A stretch of DNA of 64,000 bases from Blasia pusilla (Eukaryota), in assembly GCA_050084515.1 (NCBI GenBank), contig CM114271.1:16988001-17052000 (forward strand). Reading direction: 5' to 3'. Positions within the stretch are counted from its first letter, which is position 1; every line of letters starts with the position of its first letter. A model generated the notes under the pieces. It saw only the letters and a list, made by a program, of their open reading frames with translations, did not search any database and was not told the DNA's origin. A program made the position numbers and the translations under genes. Shown here one piece after another: positions 12,500-26,129 of the stretch.

Positions 12500-15400
12500 T
12501 CTTTATTCTACTACGGAAAACTGAATTTCTATTATCCACCCGCATAAATGATGGAGTAAGCGTGTCAAGGTAAATATGAAAACTCTTCCACAATATTTTC
12601 GTGATTTTAATTTGAAATAAATAAAATGAAATTTTACGTCTAAAAATTAAGCGATCGAAGAAAAGACAATTGATCCGAAAATAAAATAAAATTAGTCGCT
12701 GATATGGAAAAATATATATAATCATAAAAAGGGCTAAAATAATATTTTAGCACTCATGAGATGAGTGGTTTTTAATTCCAAATTTTCCTTTCATTTACAT
12801 AAAAAATGTATTAGAAGATCTGAACAATTTATTACTTTACACATTCCTTCCCCGAGTCTTAAGGAGAATAGAATAAAGACTTTCCTTATTCTCCCCCAAC
12901 TACCCGGTCCCCAATAAATGAAACGGTCGGAAGAGTTGTGGAATCCCAAATAAGCCCATTTAATTAATTGGCACAAATTTAATTGAGTTTCTTTTTCCTT
13001 TTTTTTCTTTCTTTTTGTTTTTCTCCTAAAAACATGGTGGTCGGAAAAGAAGGGGAACTCATCTTTTCCATCCAACCGCAAGAAAGATTTCATGGGGCAA
13101 GGTTAAAAAAAACTGAAATCGAGCTGGGGATGGGATCTTTTTTCTATTTTTCCCCTACTTTGAAGTGATCTGACTTACATCGTGGTACTATCATATTCAT
13201 CTTTGGTACACGTTGACATCATTATTTTCAATGGAAACGCATAAAAAATACTCCATAGCATCCATTAATCGTTGGCCTCTAAACCCGTTGTCCCTCCCCC
13301 CCTAATACACCACCTAAGCTGAGTTAATTCCACTTCACTCCACTCCATAACATTATATTGCATTGTATTATTCCCCTTAGGAATCGTCTTTTTAGGTGGA
13401 GGGTAATTTTGACTTTGAACTTCTTTTGCCCTTCTTTTGGGGTGTGGGTCGTTAACGAGATGGTCGGAAGAGTCGTAGAATCCTTTCGTGCACCAAATGA
13501 AAGGTGCGTATTAAATTTGCCTACATGAGCCATGGGAGCCACGGGGAGGAGGGCGAGCATCGAGGAAATGCCCACAATTTAACTCTCTTTTGGATCGCAC
13601 TATTGAAACGTGACACCATCAAATTGTGCATGTGATTCACTCCCCCCTCTTTCCCCCCCTTTGATGATGCCATTTAGGACACATGTGCGCACTTCTTCAG
13701 AATCCCCTCCCCCAAAAAAAGCTCCAAAAAGAAGTTCGTTGTCGCCTCTCCAATTCCCCCACACTTTCCTCCTCCTCCTCCTCCTCATCCCCGTCCTCAG
13801 CATTATTAAAAAAAAATACTATTATTCTTATCCTTGTTTATTATTCTTATTCTTACAAGGCATGACATTACAACAAACCCTCACCATAGCAAAATCGAGA
13901 GGCAAATGAGAGGACCCCAAATTACTCCACCACCACCCATATTGCCTTGTTTTCCTCGCGTAATCTCAAGTCACCCCCACAAAAAGGCCAAGGGAAAATA
14001 TGTTTTCTTTTCTAGACCCCTAGAGTAGGCCCGGATGGATTAGGCAAGTCATCGGTTGGGAGTGCCCTAAGGGGGGGAGGGGGTATCCTAAGAATAAGAA
14101 TAAAGCGAGGAATAGGAGTTGCTATTGGGGGAGGGGGGGTCACACACAAATGGGGTAAAAGTGGTGGTTGGAGCGTTTGTTATTGGATATGATTCCAATA
14201 AATGTTGGTCTTCTAAGGGGTAAGATTTTCATGGATATGGAATCATGAATGTGTGTGTGTGTTTGTGGGTATGTTAGTGTTCACAAGATGTGGAAAAATA
14301 TGTCTTTGCTTGCACATAGATGGCGTAGAGTCCACACGAGCATAGAGGGGGAGTTGGGGGTGGGTCATTCCATTTCGATCCATGATTTTATTTTATTTTA
14401 TTTTATTTTATTTTTCAACACGTGCTCGTGGTGGAGATGTGGCCCTTTTGAGGACAAGTAAAATCGCCATTAACCATGGGATGAGGATATAGATGAAGGG
14501 GGAGAAAAGGGGGAGCATGATTAAAGAAGATTTTTTGTAAGGATCTAAAAGCATCTCTCAACTTGATGACCCATCCATCCATCTCCACAAGGGAGAACAT
14601 GTCAAAGGCCGCCTAATGTAACCATCGCACTAGGCCCACACGAAAGAATATTAATGAAGGAGAAAATCTTTTTATTATTATTCTTGTGCCAACATCCTCC
14701 TCTCAAGGCCACCGTAAAAAAACAAGAATTTCTATTTCAAGAGTGGTCCAAACGATATGACCGCACGCAAAAAACAAGGAGAATTGACAAGAAGATGATA
14801 AATGTTGTAAAGTATGTTTCCAAAAGGAAATCCAACAACAATCCCTCTTTATCCGTCCTCTTCTTACCAAGCTCCCCAAAATCTATGGTCAAGGCACACA
14901 ACCCACAAACACATGGAAAATGAAAAAATCAAACTAATTAAAGAATGTTTTAGAACTCCATCTCATCAAACTAATTAAAGAATGTTTTAGACCAATCTCA
15001 TAATTAATTAAAAAGCGTCCATACCTACTAATCGCACTCGCTAAAAAATATTTGAAAAAGGACATACAAAAAACCCAAGTTTAAAAAAAAAATCACCCTC
15101 GTATCTCTTCTTGTGAAGGGAACACTTAATGCTTCCTAGTTTTCTATGGAACTTCTTCTTTCTATGAGCCTTTCTCACTCTCATGGATTTTCATAGGAGT
15201 CTTCTATCCCTACTTCCCATTCACTTGTGGCCATGTTTTGTTGGACTCCATGAGTCCAAAAGCAACCTCGGGTGCGGGGTATAGTTCGATCAGGTTCCAA
15301 AGGATATATTAGCGTTCAATGTGAACCTTACTCCCTCAAACCCTAATTTTGGGTCTATCATTATCCAAATAGCTCCGGATCCTCAATCTCATACTTTTCC

Positions 15401-16059
15401 CTAAAGAAATCTTCTATTCAACCATTCTTTTTAAGTTTGAGTAAATTTTCTTAGCCAACATACCTTTGACTGCATCAACATCATCGAGTACCCTAATCCC
15501 CTTTCTACATCCCAAATCACAATATCTTAATGGTTATATGAATCCTATAAAAGAGAGTTTTTATTTAAATACCACTAATCGGCATTAGCACCTAAAGATG
15601 GATTGAGCCTAATTTTCTTTTTGTTCTTAATATGGGCGTTTTCAAGATTAACTCTATCCAAGAGTTATCTTTTATATTAAAGAAATCATAGTTATATGAC
15701 ATAGATGATTTCTAGAGTAGATAGAGTGTTGTTAGGATTAAGTAACTCTATTTTGCAACAAGATTCCCCACACTTTGATCCAAAGTTTTCTTTTCTATTA
15801 ATCAAATAGAAGAAATAGGTCAAATGACCTACTTTCCAAGCTAGTCAGAAAAGTTGGGGAAATGTGACAAAACTCTATAGGTATAGTTTTTTGATTCGAA
15901 AATGAATGACTTCTGCAAAAAAATAACTCAAATTATGACTAAGATTTGTATTTTTCTTTTAATGACTTGTTAGATTAATGTAATCCTAAATTTTGACATA
16001 AATATTACTAAATCAAAGTTTAGTCATTCACTAGTCCAATTGTTATCACTTATTGTCCC

Positions 16060-17020
16060 AAATAACTAAGTGTATGGCAGTCACGCTATCGGGGATCTAA
16101 GAAGTGACTCTGATTGTGGGTCAAAGGAAGAGAGACCTTAGTGTGAACCACGTGAGTCAAACCTAGACTAGCAAGACTAGAAAGTGTGGCTGAATCTTTC
16201 GTGGGACTAACGCTAGTTAAGGTGGGCTCGCTCCTTCAAACTACCTTAGGAGAGAAGGGATATAGCCACTTTTGGGGATGAGAGTGAGGCAAGAAAGATA
16301 TAAGATCCATAAGCCAAGTTACAAATCAAGAGCAAGTAGCAAGAACGATGGGAGAAGTCAAGAGGGTTGAGACGCTATGAGACTAGTCACAAAACCCAAA
16401 GGCCGTAAAGACAACCAAGAGACGTCAAATGACATGAGTCTAGATAGGCGCTAGCCACAAGACGCACAAAACTAGAGATAAGGTTCCAAGATGAGTTTAG
16501 GGAAGTCAAGATTGGCGGAATCTTCCAAGAGACTCCCCAAATTCATCTTGGGGGTTAACTACTCAAACGCGGATTGGAGAGACGCAAACCATATTTGGAT
16601 TATGTATCAAAATCAGGGGACAAGGATGGATGATGGGAAAGATGAGGTTCCCCTGAAGAACACAAGAAGTACTTATAGGGAGCGATCATCTCTCTCTCTC
16701 TCTCTCTCCCTCCCTCCTTACACGCTCAAGTCTTTGAACAAGGGATTAACCATGTTTCGTATTTGGCCATATTCAAGGTTTGAGCTAAGGAACTACTTGG
16801 AACACACCTTGGGAAATTAATCATTGCACTACAATTAATGTTAGTGAATTGGGGATATTGGTCAAGGATTGGGAAAGAGATGTTCTAAGGAGACGATATG
16901 CACCCCATGGGACTCAAAATCGCTTAGAGCTTGGTGACTACCCCGAATTTTCCTATGAAACATCTGACCATTTGGATGTTTAAGACTCAACTCAAGACTT
17001 CCACTTGCAAGACTCAAGGT
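16060..17020 (+). repeat. Left arm of ~0.9-1 kb degenerate inverted repeat
   Basis: Collinear reverse-complement matches to 17827-18737: ACCTTAGGAGAGAAGGGATATAGCCACTT vs AAGTGGCTATGCCTCTTTACTCCTAAGGT; ATTCATCTTGGGGGTTAACTA vs TAGTTAATCCCCAAGATGAAT; TTAAGACTCAAC..GACTCAAGG vs CCTTGAGTC..GTTGAGTCTTAA. Confidence 0.8.
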
Positions 17021-17826
17021 ATGATCTCTTCATAAGTCAGCAAAGAGGAGTAGAGGTTGAACTCTATGACACTCATAAATTAAAAATAATCACATAATTG
17101 AGAAGAATTTGGTAATAAAAATAACTTTCAATATTGTGTATTCGAGTAAGACAAAAAATAATGGAATTTCATCATTAGTGAGAAATGCCTTTGAGAAAAA
17201 AATAACTAAAGTTATAATAACCTTCAATATGAATATGAAGAATTTTTATTGCAAACATTATAATTTGATTCTCAAATCACAATGACGATTAAGTGAGAAA
17301 ATTATTTATTCTATTAATCTTTAGAGTTATCAATTCTCATTAAGTATCAAATGGCTCTAAGATTTTAATATTTTGCAAAGAAATTTATTGAAGTACCTAA
17401 AGTATTTTCATCTTTTAATAGATTTTCCAAAATAATTAAATTTCTAAGCTAATTTCTTTTTGGATCTAGAATTATCTCCCCTTCACACATTATTTAGGAG
17501 GATTAGACATTGAAATCTGGGATTTCTTAACATGGATTCTCATGACATTGCACCCTCCAAACTTTACGAATAGAATAATATTATTTGGAAATTTTAAGGA
17601 TTTAGAGCTATGTGTCCATTATGATAAGAAATTAAAATCTAGGAGAAATATTTTTATTTTAAAGAATTTTTTAGAGATTTTTCCAAAAGACAATTTTTGC
17701 TTCATACAATCCAAATAAGTATTTTTGTGTATCGTTTAGAGCTTGAAAATCATCTATTCTTTGAAAATAAATTCGTGGCCTAAAACCTTTTCAAAGTTAG
17801 TGCATCTTACAATAGAGTAGTATTGT

Positions 17827-18737
17827 CCTTGAGTCCTATAAGCGGAAGTTGTAGGTTGAGTCTTAAAGACCCAACCAATCTCACGTTCCATACGCAAGTT
17901 GAATAATTACCAAGCGTTAGAATTTTTTGATTCCCCCAAGATGTATAGTGTATTCCTAGGAAGCCTCTTCCCTAAGCCTTGAAAAATCTTCCCAATTTGC
18001 TCACCAAAATTTTAGCATGGCGATTCATTCCTCAAGATGCGTCTCGAACAGTTCTTTAACTCAAACATGAAACATGATTAATCCCTTGTTCCAATACTTG
18101 AGCAGATAGGGAGATAGAGGTTCTCTCCCTATAGGATGCTTATATGGATCTCTTGAGAAACCCCACATTTATCATCCTCCATCCTAGGCCCTAGTTTTTC
18201 CCCACAACTCAAGCGTGGTTTGCGTCTCACCAACTCATGTTTGACTAGTTAATCCCCAAGATGAATCAAGGGAGTCTCCTAGACAATTCTACTGATTTTG
18301 ACTTCTCCAAGCTCATCTAGAAACCTCACCCTATGTTTTGTGTGTGTCTTGGGTAGTGCCTATCTTGACTCCAACCATTTGGCATCTATTGGATGTCTTG
18401 CCGCCCTTCGTTTTTTGTAACTAGTATCATGGCATCTTGACCTTCTTGAGTACTCCCATCTCCCTAAATACTCTCCATTAACTTAAAACTTGAAATTTTG
18501 TTGCCTCATCCTCCTCCTTGCAAGTGGCTATGCCTCTTTACTCCTAAGGTTAGTCTCAAGGCACACGCTTATCTTGACTAGCATTAGTATACAATAGGTT
18601 CTACTACCCTTTCAGGTCTTGCAACTAAATAGTCTAGATCTTGACTTTGGGTCAAACCAAGGTCTTTCCACCTTTGAGTAGAAATCATGACTTGTTTCTC
18701 AAAATTTTCTATCGAATGCGCAACAGACTTAGGTATT
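17827..18737 (-). repeat. Right arm of ~0.9-1 kb degenerate inverted repeat
   Basis: Reverse complement of 16060-17020 (see left arm); boundaries approximate. Confidence 0.8.
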
Positions 18738-19099
18738 CTTGATGGAGGGCCTTCTAAGATAAGAAAAACTTTGTGGTGTGTTTAGATTCTAGTGGACCAA
18801 ATTGGTAGCCATAAGGAGATTAGTTTTGGAATGATACACATGAGGTGCATGTGACTATTAAAAGGGTCATATCAAATTCTAGTGGATAGTTGTAGAGATT
18901 TCCACCCATATATCTCTTTGTTGAAAGCTTGAGTGATTGTTCGAGAAGATAGCACCAACAAGGGGTAGACTTGTGTATGGATATTTCGACAAAAAGAACA
19001 TGCATGATGGGGTTAAATAGTACTTATGACAATATCTTAGATGACTGAACCAAAGATGTATAGATGTGTGATGGTTGAGGCATATTGGGATGGAATGCA

Positions 19100-19760
19100 T
19101 TGTGCATTTGGAGTTTAATTAGGGGGATGTAGGAGATGTGTAGGCACAAGTGCAATTGATAGCACTTGTGAGAGATCTATTAAAGAAGATCTTATTAGTA
19201 AACTTGTTTGAAGGGTTTAGGGTTTTTACTCTACATAGAGAGGCTATCATAGGCCGTATTTGGAAGATGACTTGGATGTAGTCTTGAGCTACATTAAAAT
19301 GTTGGACATAACACGTGTTACATGCCAGTTTCAAGGAATGTGGACCCAAGATCCAGGAGTTTAAATGTGTACCATCATCTATTAGCTGAAGCAACAAGAG
19401 GACAAGTCCTCCCATAGAGCACTAAGAGGAGTGTGTTTCCATTGAAAATATTAGTTTTGGGGTTCAAGGATTTATGCTCTATGCAAGAATTGAGGGGAGT
19501 AAAAATTGGGCCATAGTCATCTTCAAAAGAATGTGGGATAAGATGATCATTATCCAAAGGGAAGAGAGGTGAGCCTATACATGCAAAGTGGTAGGAGCAC
19601 TTAGTTTGTTTAATCATCCTTTTCTAAATCTTGGTTATGCAAATTTGTATCGTGAAATCAAATTTTAGTCATTGAAGTATTCAATAAGATGTGAGATTCA
19701 AGGCATCAAGAGAAATTCAATTGTATGGATGAGTATACTTGAAATTGGGAAAGCGCATAA
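19100..19760 (+). mobile_element. Possible heavily decayed LINE RT fragment
   Basis: Only faint, correctly ordered resemblances to DFxKAFD, GxxQGxxLS and YxYLG blocks; many stops. Confidence 0.25.
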
Positions 19761-22700
19761 ATAATTTCAATGTAAACGTATTGATTTTTGCATGTATGTT
19801 CGGCCACACAAATCGAATTGTAGCATGTCCTTAGAATATCCACTCAAGCAGCCATGTGTAGGGTAAGCGCAATATAGCATCATCACAAGGTCAAAAGGTT
19901 TTTGTAGGGGTCGTGGATGAAGGTGTGCAATAGCGAAGTGAGATGAAAAGATAGTAATTGATTGCAAATGGGTAATCCAATTGGATGCATGGTCTATATG
20001 AGAATTAATGATATTAGCTACATGTGACATATTGAGATATAACCAAATAAATACGTGGACACATAGGGGCTCAAATAGATTGAGGGGATATTGATGTAAG
20101 TTTATATATTAGAGCTTTTGTGTGATTGTGAAAGGAACGAGTTTTGTAGTAAATAGGAGGATTGTAGGTGAGTAGAAGTAGATAAGTATTGGCAAGTAAT
20201 ACAAAAGGGACTAAGCTACTCTTGCATTTATTCTTGAGTCCACAACAATCACATCAAACATAAATAGCACATAATCAATAGCATAGAATACTCATGAAAT
20301 TTTGTGGATCTCCAAGCATGAAGCTCCCCATCTATTAAGTATTTCTAATCTACTACAAGTTTGACAAAGAGAATCGGAGTACAATTGTTGTACCAAGAAT
20401 TGAGGGAATCACACTTTAGTAAGAAATGGATGACAAATCATTCTATGGAGAATCTTAAAATAGTAAGTCTAGCAAGAATGTGAATACTTCAAGTTTTCAA
20501 TTGTATGCTTCAATCTCTCTTCTATCCATAGAATAACTCTCTCTATTTAATACATCTTTTTTTGTAGGCAAGACTCATTTCTTAGACATGCCTTCTACAA
20601 CTAGGTACAAATCTTCCCAGTCATTTCTCCAACATTTTCGGCTCCTTACTTGCATAGTGTGACCTAGTTTTTTCTTGCTTAATTTTCATGGCCATCCATA
20701 CAATGCCATGCTACTTCTTTCTTTTTCATGATCATCCTCAATGCCTCATCATCTCTAATTGCAAAGAACTTTAATGAAATCTTATTATGTTCAAATTCAT
20801 AGTTTCATTCTTGGTTCATACTTCATGGTTGATGTTTCAACAATGGATTCATAAAGTCCTCCAAATGTACAAGAATCAATTCTTTTATGCAAACAAAAGT
20901 AAATTTTGTTGTTGACCTTCCTATCTCTGGATCATCCCTTGATTGGATCCAATATCTCTTTCACACATGGCATATCAAATGGCTTTCCATGCAAGATGTT
21001 TATATTTTTTATTTTTATTTTTATTTACATAGCATCCAAGTCACATGGTTCCACCTTTACTTCCCGTGAAGGACTTTTGTCACTCTCTGACTTTGCCCCT
21101 CATCCTAGAGATTGTCTAGGAACATAATCCTTCATTTGATTTGGAAATGTGTGTGCCTTGGCCAAATTCGAATAAGGATAGAGGCATGAATTGTCTTCTT
21201 TATATACACATAGACCATTTAGATTCATTAAAAGATGATGTGTTTTCATCTTTAATGCCATGGTGCTTCTTAGAAGAGGGTGTATGAGTGGCCTTCTTTC
21301 CCTTTCCTAGCTTTTTTAGATTTCACTATTGTCTTCCTATAAGCCATATTTTACCTTATAATTCTCTAGATTCCTATGCACACACAAAAGAATTGTTAAT
21401 AATTTTTACTTAGTTGTCTTGCAAAAATGGAGCATTAAAGTTTTTGAGTTACAATCCAAAGCTAAGATGTATGAAGATGGATATGGCACCTACCACAGTA
21501 GTAAGTGCATATCAAGATTCTTACTGCATGCGCAAATGGTTGGGATCGCTCTAGGCTATAAACCTTGTACAAAAGGAGAAGTGGTAAAAAATTTAGAAAG
21601 TATAAATTGAGTTCGAGAGTACATCAGTTAAGTATTTTCAAAACTAAGTGCATATGAAGATATTCACCCCATGCATTAATGATTACAGCCGCTCAAGGTT
21701 GTAAACCCTCTATGAATGGAGAAGTAGTCAGAGTAGATCAGAGTTATCAGAGTAGTTATATCTGCAACTCAACAATAGCTTTACACATTGTTTTGTAGCA
21801 TCTCTAGATCTATTAATAAGGCAAAATTTTGAATCAGTTGAAAGAAAAAGCCTATATATGAGAATGCACTGTAAATGAAAGGAAAGGAATGAAACGCTCA
21901 CTTCTCACACTACTCTCCCACTTGAAGTAAAGTATAAAAAAATGAGTCTTAAGATGTTTATATGTATATAAAAAACCATAATACTGTCCTAATATGCTAC
22001 AAAAATAGTTACATATTTCACATAATTAATTGTCGGCAAGTTTCCACGCAAAAACCGAACTAAATACAAATACTTGAGTACAAAAGAAGGGGGAATAAGG
22101 TTTTTTTTTGAATTTTGGGGAAGAGGCACATGTTAGAAGTAGAGATTATGAAAAATACGTCATACAAAGCGAAGTTTAGAAATTGAGATGCATATCTAGA
22201 ATAATGGTGTAGATTTTGAATTTCCTTTCACCACTTACTTAATCATCAACTCTTGTATAGATTTTTCATATTTTAACTTGAACTTATATTCTCTCTTTAT
22301 TTTCAACCAAGCAAGACTCATGTTTGTGTTCGATAATTTATTATGATCATTTTTTGTGTTCAATTTGATACGACTACTTTTCTTGATCGTGATTCATTGT
22401 AACATTTACTTCATACCTTTTATGGATTTATACCAAGATTGAAACAAAATTACAAAATTTTCATGTTTTTCTTATCATAGTTGAAATATTAGCTACACAA
22501 AATTATTACCAATACAATATGGAGTAGTGTTGAAAGATAAATATATCCATATTTATTTTTATTGGAACATAAAATGTGTTATTAAGAAAATATGATCATC
22601 TCATAATGGGCCTTAAAATCAAAACACATCTTCTTTTGAGAAGTCGAGAGAGTCTCCAAGGTAGTTGCATACTTAAAGTGTTCAACCAAGCTGTCAATAA

Positions 22701-22824
22701 TAATAATAAGATAAGATAAAAAATAATCCACAAGAGGCTAAGATGAAAAAGATAACATAAAAAAGATTTTTTTTTTCCACAATCTTTGATTTAGTAAAAG
22801 AAAGATGAAACAAAGTTAAAAACC

Positions 22825-23190
22825 TTGAAGATACAAAGTGGCCTACTTCGTCCGTGCGCTCACTCTAGACCTTGGATGAAACCTGAACATGGAGATAACT
22901 CGACATACGAGAATGTGCTATCATTGTGGTTTCTAACTATTTGACTATTTGGGAAACTAGGGTTTTTAACCTATTTTCTTCATTTTTTTCAGTAAAAAGA
23001 ATATTTTATATTCCATATGGGTGCATTAGATAATCCTAATAACGCTACTCCACAAACCACCTACGCCATATTAGCATGACTGCTACAACATCTAAGTCGG
23101 AACTATCAATCCAAACTTCTCCTCACATAAGGAGGTCGATCAGATTAATGGTACACAATGAGAAGCGGATGTCAAAAATCCAATATTTGA
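22825..23190 (+). repeat. Dispersed repeat (~370 bp), copy A
   Basis: TTGAAGATACAAAGTGGCCTACT..GGAGATAACTC..CTAAGTCGGAACTATCAATC..CTTCTCCTCA..AATCCAA shared in the same orientation with 41931-42297. Confidence 0.85.
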
Positions 23191-23864
23191 ACATACAATA
23201 AAGTGATATTCTTCCAAATTTAACTTCTTTTCCATACACTTAAATAAATATTTTGCATGATTTTATAATTTTTGGAAAAAGACACTAAATTCATTTTAAT
23301 TTTATTTAACCATTGAGAGCTTTTATGGATCATTATCAAAAATATTATTTTTCAAATATTTCCTACAATATGATTATATTGTATATATAATCATATTGTA
23401 GGAAATTTGGATCTATGATGTTCTTTTTATGATCTTCTTTAAACACAAAAAGTCAATCTTTCTCTTCTTTGAAAATTGGCATTCTCTTTCTCTATATATA
23501 TTATTTATTTAATATTTTAAATGAATCATTTGAGTGTATTTTCAATGCTCCAATTCATGTTTCGTATAGTCCAAAATATAAGTTCAAATATGAGCTTAAT
23601 TAGTTTATAACTCTTAATTTCTGCACAAATCTCTAAACTAATTTGTAATTTACTTTTCTTTATTCCTAAACACTTAATTGTTTCAAACTCTTCTCTCTCT
23701 ATATTATTATTAATAATAGACCTATCGGCAACAAACATCTCTCACTTCAAAAAATTTCCTCTTGGGTGGTCTCCTATTGTGATACATGTATGTGTCTCAT
23801 CTAATTAGTCAATCACATCCAACTAACTTAGAGCAAACGGGTGTACCAATGATACTCATCATGA

Positions 23865-23893
23865 GCCTGCGCATGGCATGGCCGTCCACTAGT
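23865..23893 (+). mobile_element. Putative Helitron 3' terminus (decayed GC hairpin + CTAG|T)
   Basis: GCCTGCGCATGGCATGGCCGTCCACTAG|T, followed by an abrupt shift to AT-rich DNA. Confidence 0.4.
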
Positions 23894-24349
23894 TCTATGT
23901 ATGAATTTTTTTCTTTCTAATGTCTTAGATTTGAATCTTCACATTGATTAAGTTTTTAGATTCATATCTTCACATGCTTATTTGGAATATAATCAAAATT
24001 TCAAAATTAGTACAATTTAGAATTTAACATCAGTGATCAACTATCATTATTATCATCTTTTTTGTTTATATCTTTAACCACTCTCTATAATTTATTATAT
24101 TCTTAGTATTTTTTTTAATTCGATATCTACCATCAATATGTTAAATCTCCAGTTGGAGATTTTTTTGGAATAATAATTATAGTGGAATTTATAAAATTAT
24201 ACTTGAATTGAAATATCTTACACTTAACTTAAAGTAACTGATTGAGAAGTTGCATTTTTGCAAGGTTGATATTTTATGAATTCCACTTTGTAAAAAAATT
24301 CCAAGCTTCTCGTAGTTTTTTTTTCCTTATTTCTTACGAGCGATGGAGA

Positions 24350-24680
24350 CAAGGTTGCATAGGGACAAAGTTTGTATTCGCGAACATGTTCATATCCGTG
24401 GACTTGCATCCGTCCTATAAATGGACTTTTCCATGCAGGTCCCATCTCTCCCTTATTTCTCATTCTCCCCACTTGCCTTTGTGACACGTACTTTTTTCGT
24501 TTCTTCCTCCTCCCACCTCCTTACCCTTCCCCCTAGTTGCCCCGTCCGCCCTTGCCCTGCCTTCCACCATCAACTATAAATGTAGTCCCCATATTTTGCA
24601 ATAAATGTTTGTGGACATGTCCAAACTTATATGTCCATGTTCGTCCTAGGGAATGACTTATCAAGTTTGGTGCAACTATG
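24350..24680 (-). mobile_element. hAT-type MITE, copy 2 (reverse orientation)
   Basis: TIRs CAAGGTTGCA / TGCAACTATG; internal homology to the other copies; no TSD recognisable. Confidence 0.8.
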
Positions 24681-25536
24681 CACAAGGCCAACTCCACTCT
24701 CAAATTTGTATATAATCATTAAGTCAAATCCACCATGAGGGAGCTTGGACTATAACACTCAAGCTCCTACCAAACCCTAAAAAGATGAATATTCCAAAGG
24801 CTCAACATGAGAAATATGGCTAGCAAGTAAGAGCCATCTACTCACCTTTTACACCATGGGAAGAGACAAAATAGCTCTTCCCCTAAAAACTGATAACATG
24901 TGCATATACATTATCCATGCGACTGACCAATGACCATTGACTTGGTGAAGAAATCTAGTGGTTAAAAATAGCAAACCACAAGCATTATCATTGAGAAAAT
25001 CCCAGCGTAATAAAATTGTAGCCAACCTCATCTTACCACTCAAGACGGAGTTATGGCAATAAGAAAGGGAAATAGAAAATTTGGAAAATGGAAAGGGAAT
25101 ATGAAATTTAACAAGGAACGTGGAAAAAAATATGGCTATTTTTTATAACTATTTGTAAATGAAAAAAATATGATTTAGTAAGAAATTAACCCACTTTCGA
25201 TACACCATCTGGTAAAAAAATAACGTATATCAAAATAATTCAGTTTAACTTAAGATAAATAAAAAATAAAAAATATCTTGCAAAAATTATAATAACTATG
25301 TGGTAAACAAATGAGATTGTCCCATTCAATTATGGAAATATGGGGTTAATTGATGGCTACTATATTGCACAATTGGCTTAAGACCTCACATATAGGGAAG
25401 AGAAAGTATTAGTCTCAAGATCTACAAAATTTCACTTACTATCAGTAGGTCATCAAAGAAACTTCATGGGCTTCATAAATATGACCAACAAAGGGACCCT
25501 AAAAATAAAATATTGTCTCATATTTATTTCAAACAT

Positions 25537-25572
25537 ACTAGTAAGTGCCCATACTACCATGTGATGCACGGA
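25537..25572 (-). mobile_element. Putative Helitron 3' terminus on minus strand
   Basis: Minus strand reads TCCGTGCATCACATGG (decayed palindrome) ... CTAG|T about 15 nt later. Confidence 0.4.
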
Positions 25573-26129
25573 TCCCTGGGATAAGTGGGACTCCAAGCTT
25601 ACCAAAGTTGCCTCAATATTTATGGTGTCATGGACGCCCTCCTTTTATTTTCAAAAATTTTCAACTAAAAAATTAATACATATTTTTTTTTTACACTTTA
25701 TCACGAGAAATGTCGTCGAGATAAAAAATGCTCCTCCAATAATAATATAGATGAAATGGTAAATTTCAACGATTCACCAAGAACAAATGGTGTGCAAATG
25801 AGGAATGGTGATAGACTCTCCATATATGTTTTGTGAGGAAGTTCAAATCCTAAAGTGGATTTTCATTTTCATAAAGCTTCTAATTTAAAATTCCCCCACT
25901 TCCATATATGCGAGCTCCTGGAAATTTGGAACTATAATGAGTATTTGTTTCTAATTTGGGGATGAAAAAATTAGCAATAATAAATAAATAAAATCGATGC
26001 CGGAAAGGTTGGCACATTTTAATCTCAATATACCACAGTAAAGGATGAATAGCGATTTGTATTGTATATTTTAATGCGGAATAATAAAATAAGTATTAGT
26101 AATTAAATAATTAAATGATAGTTTATTTA

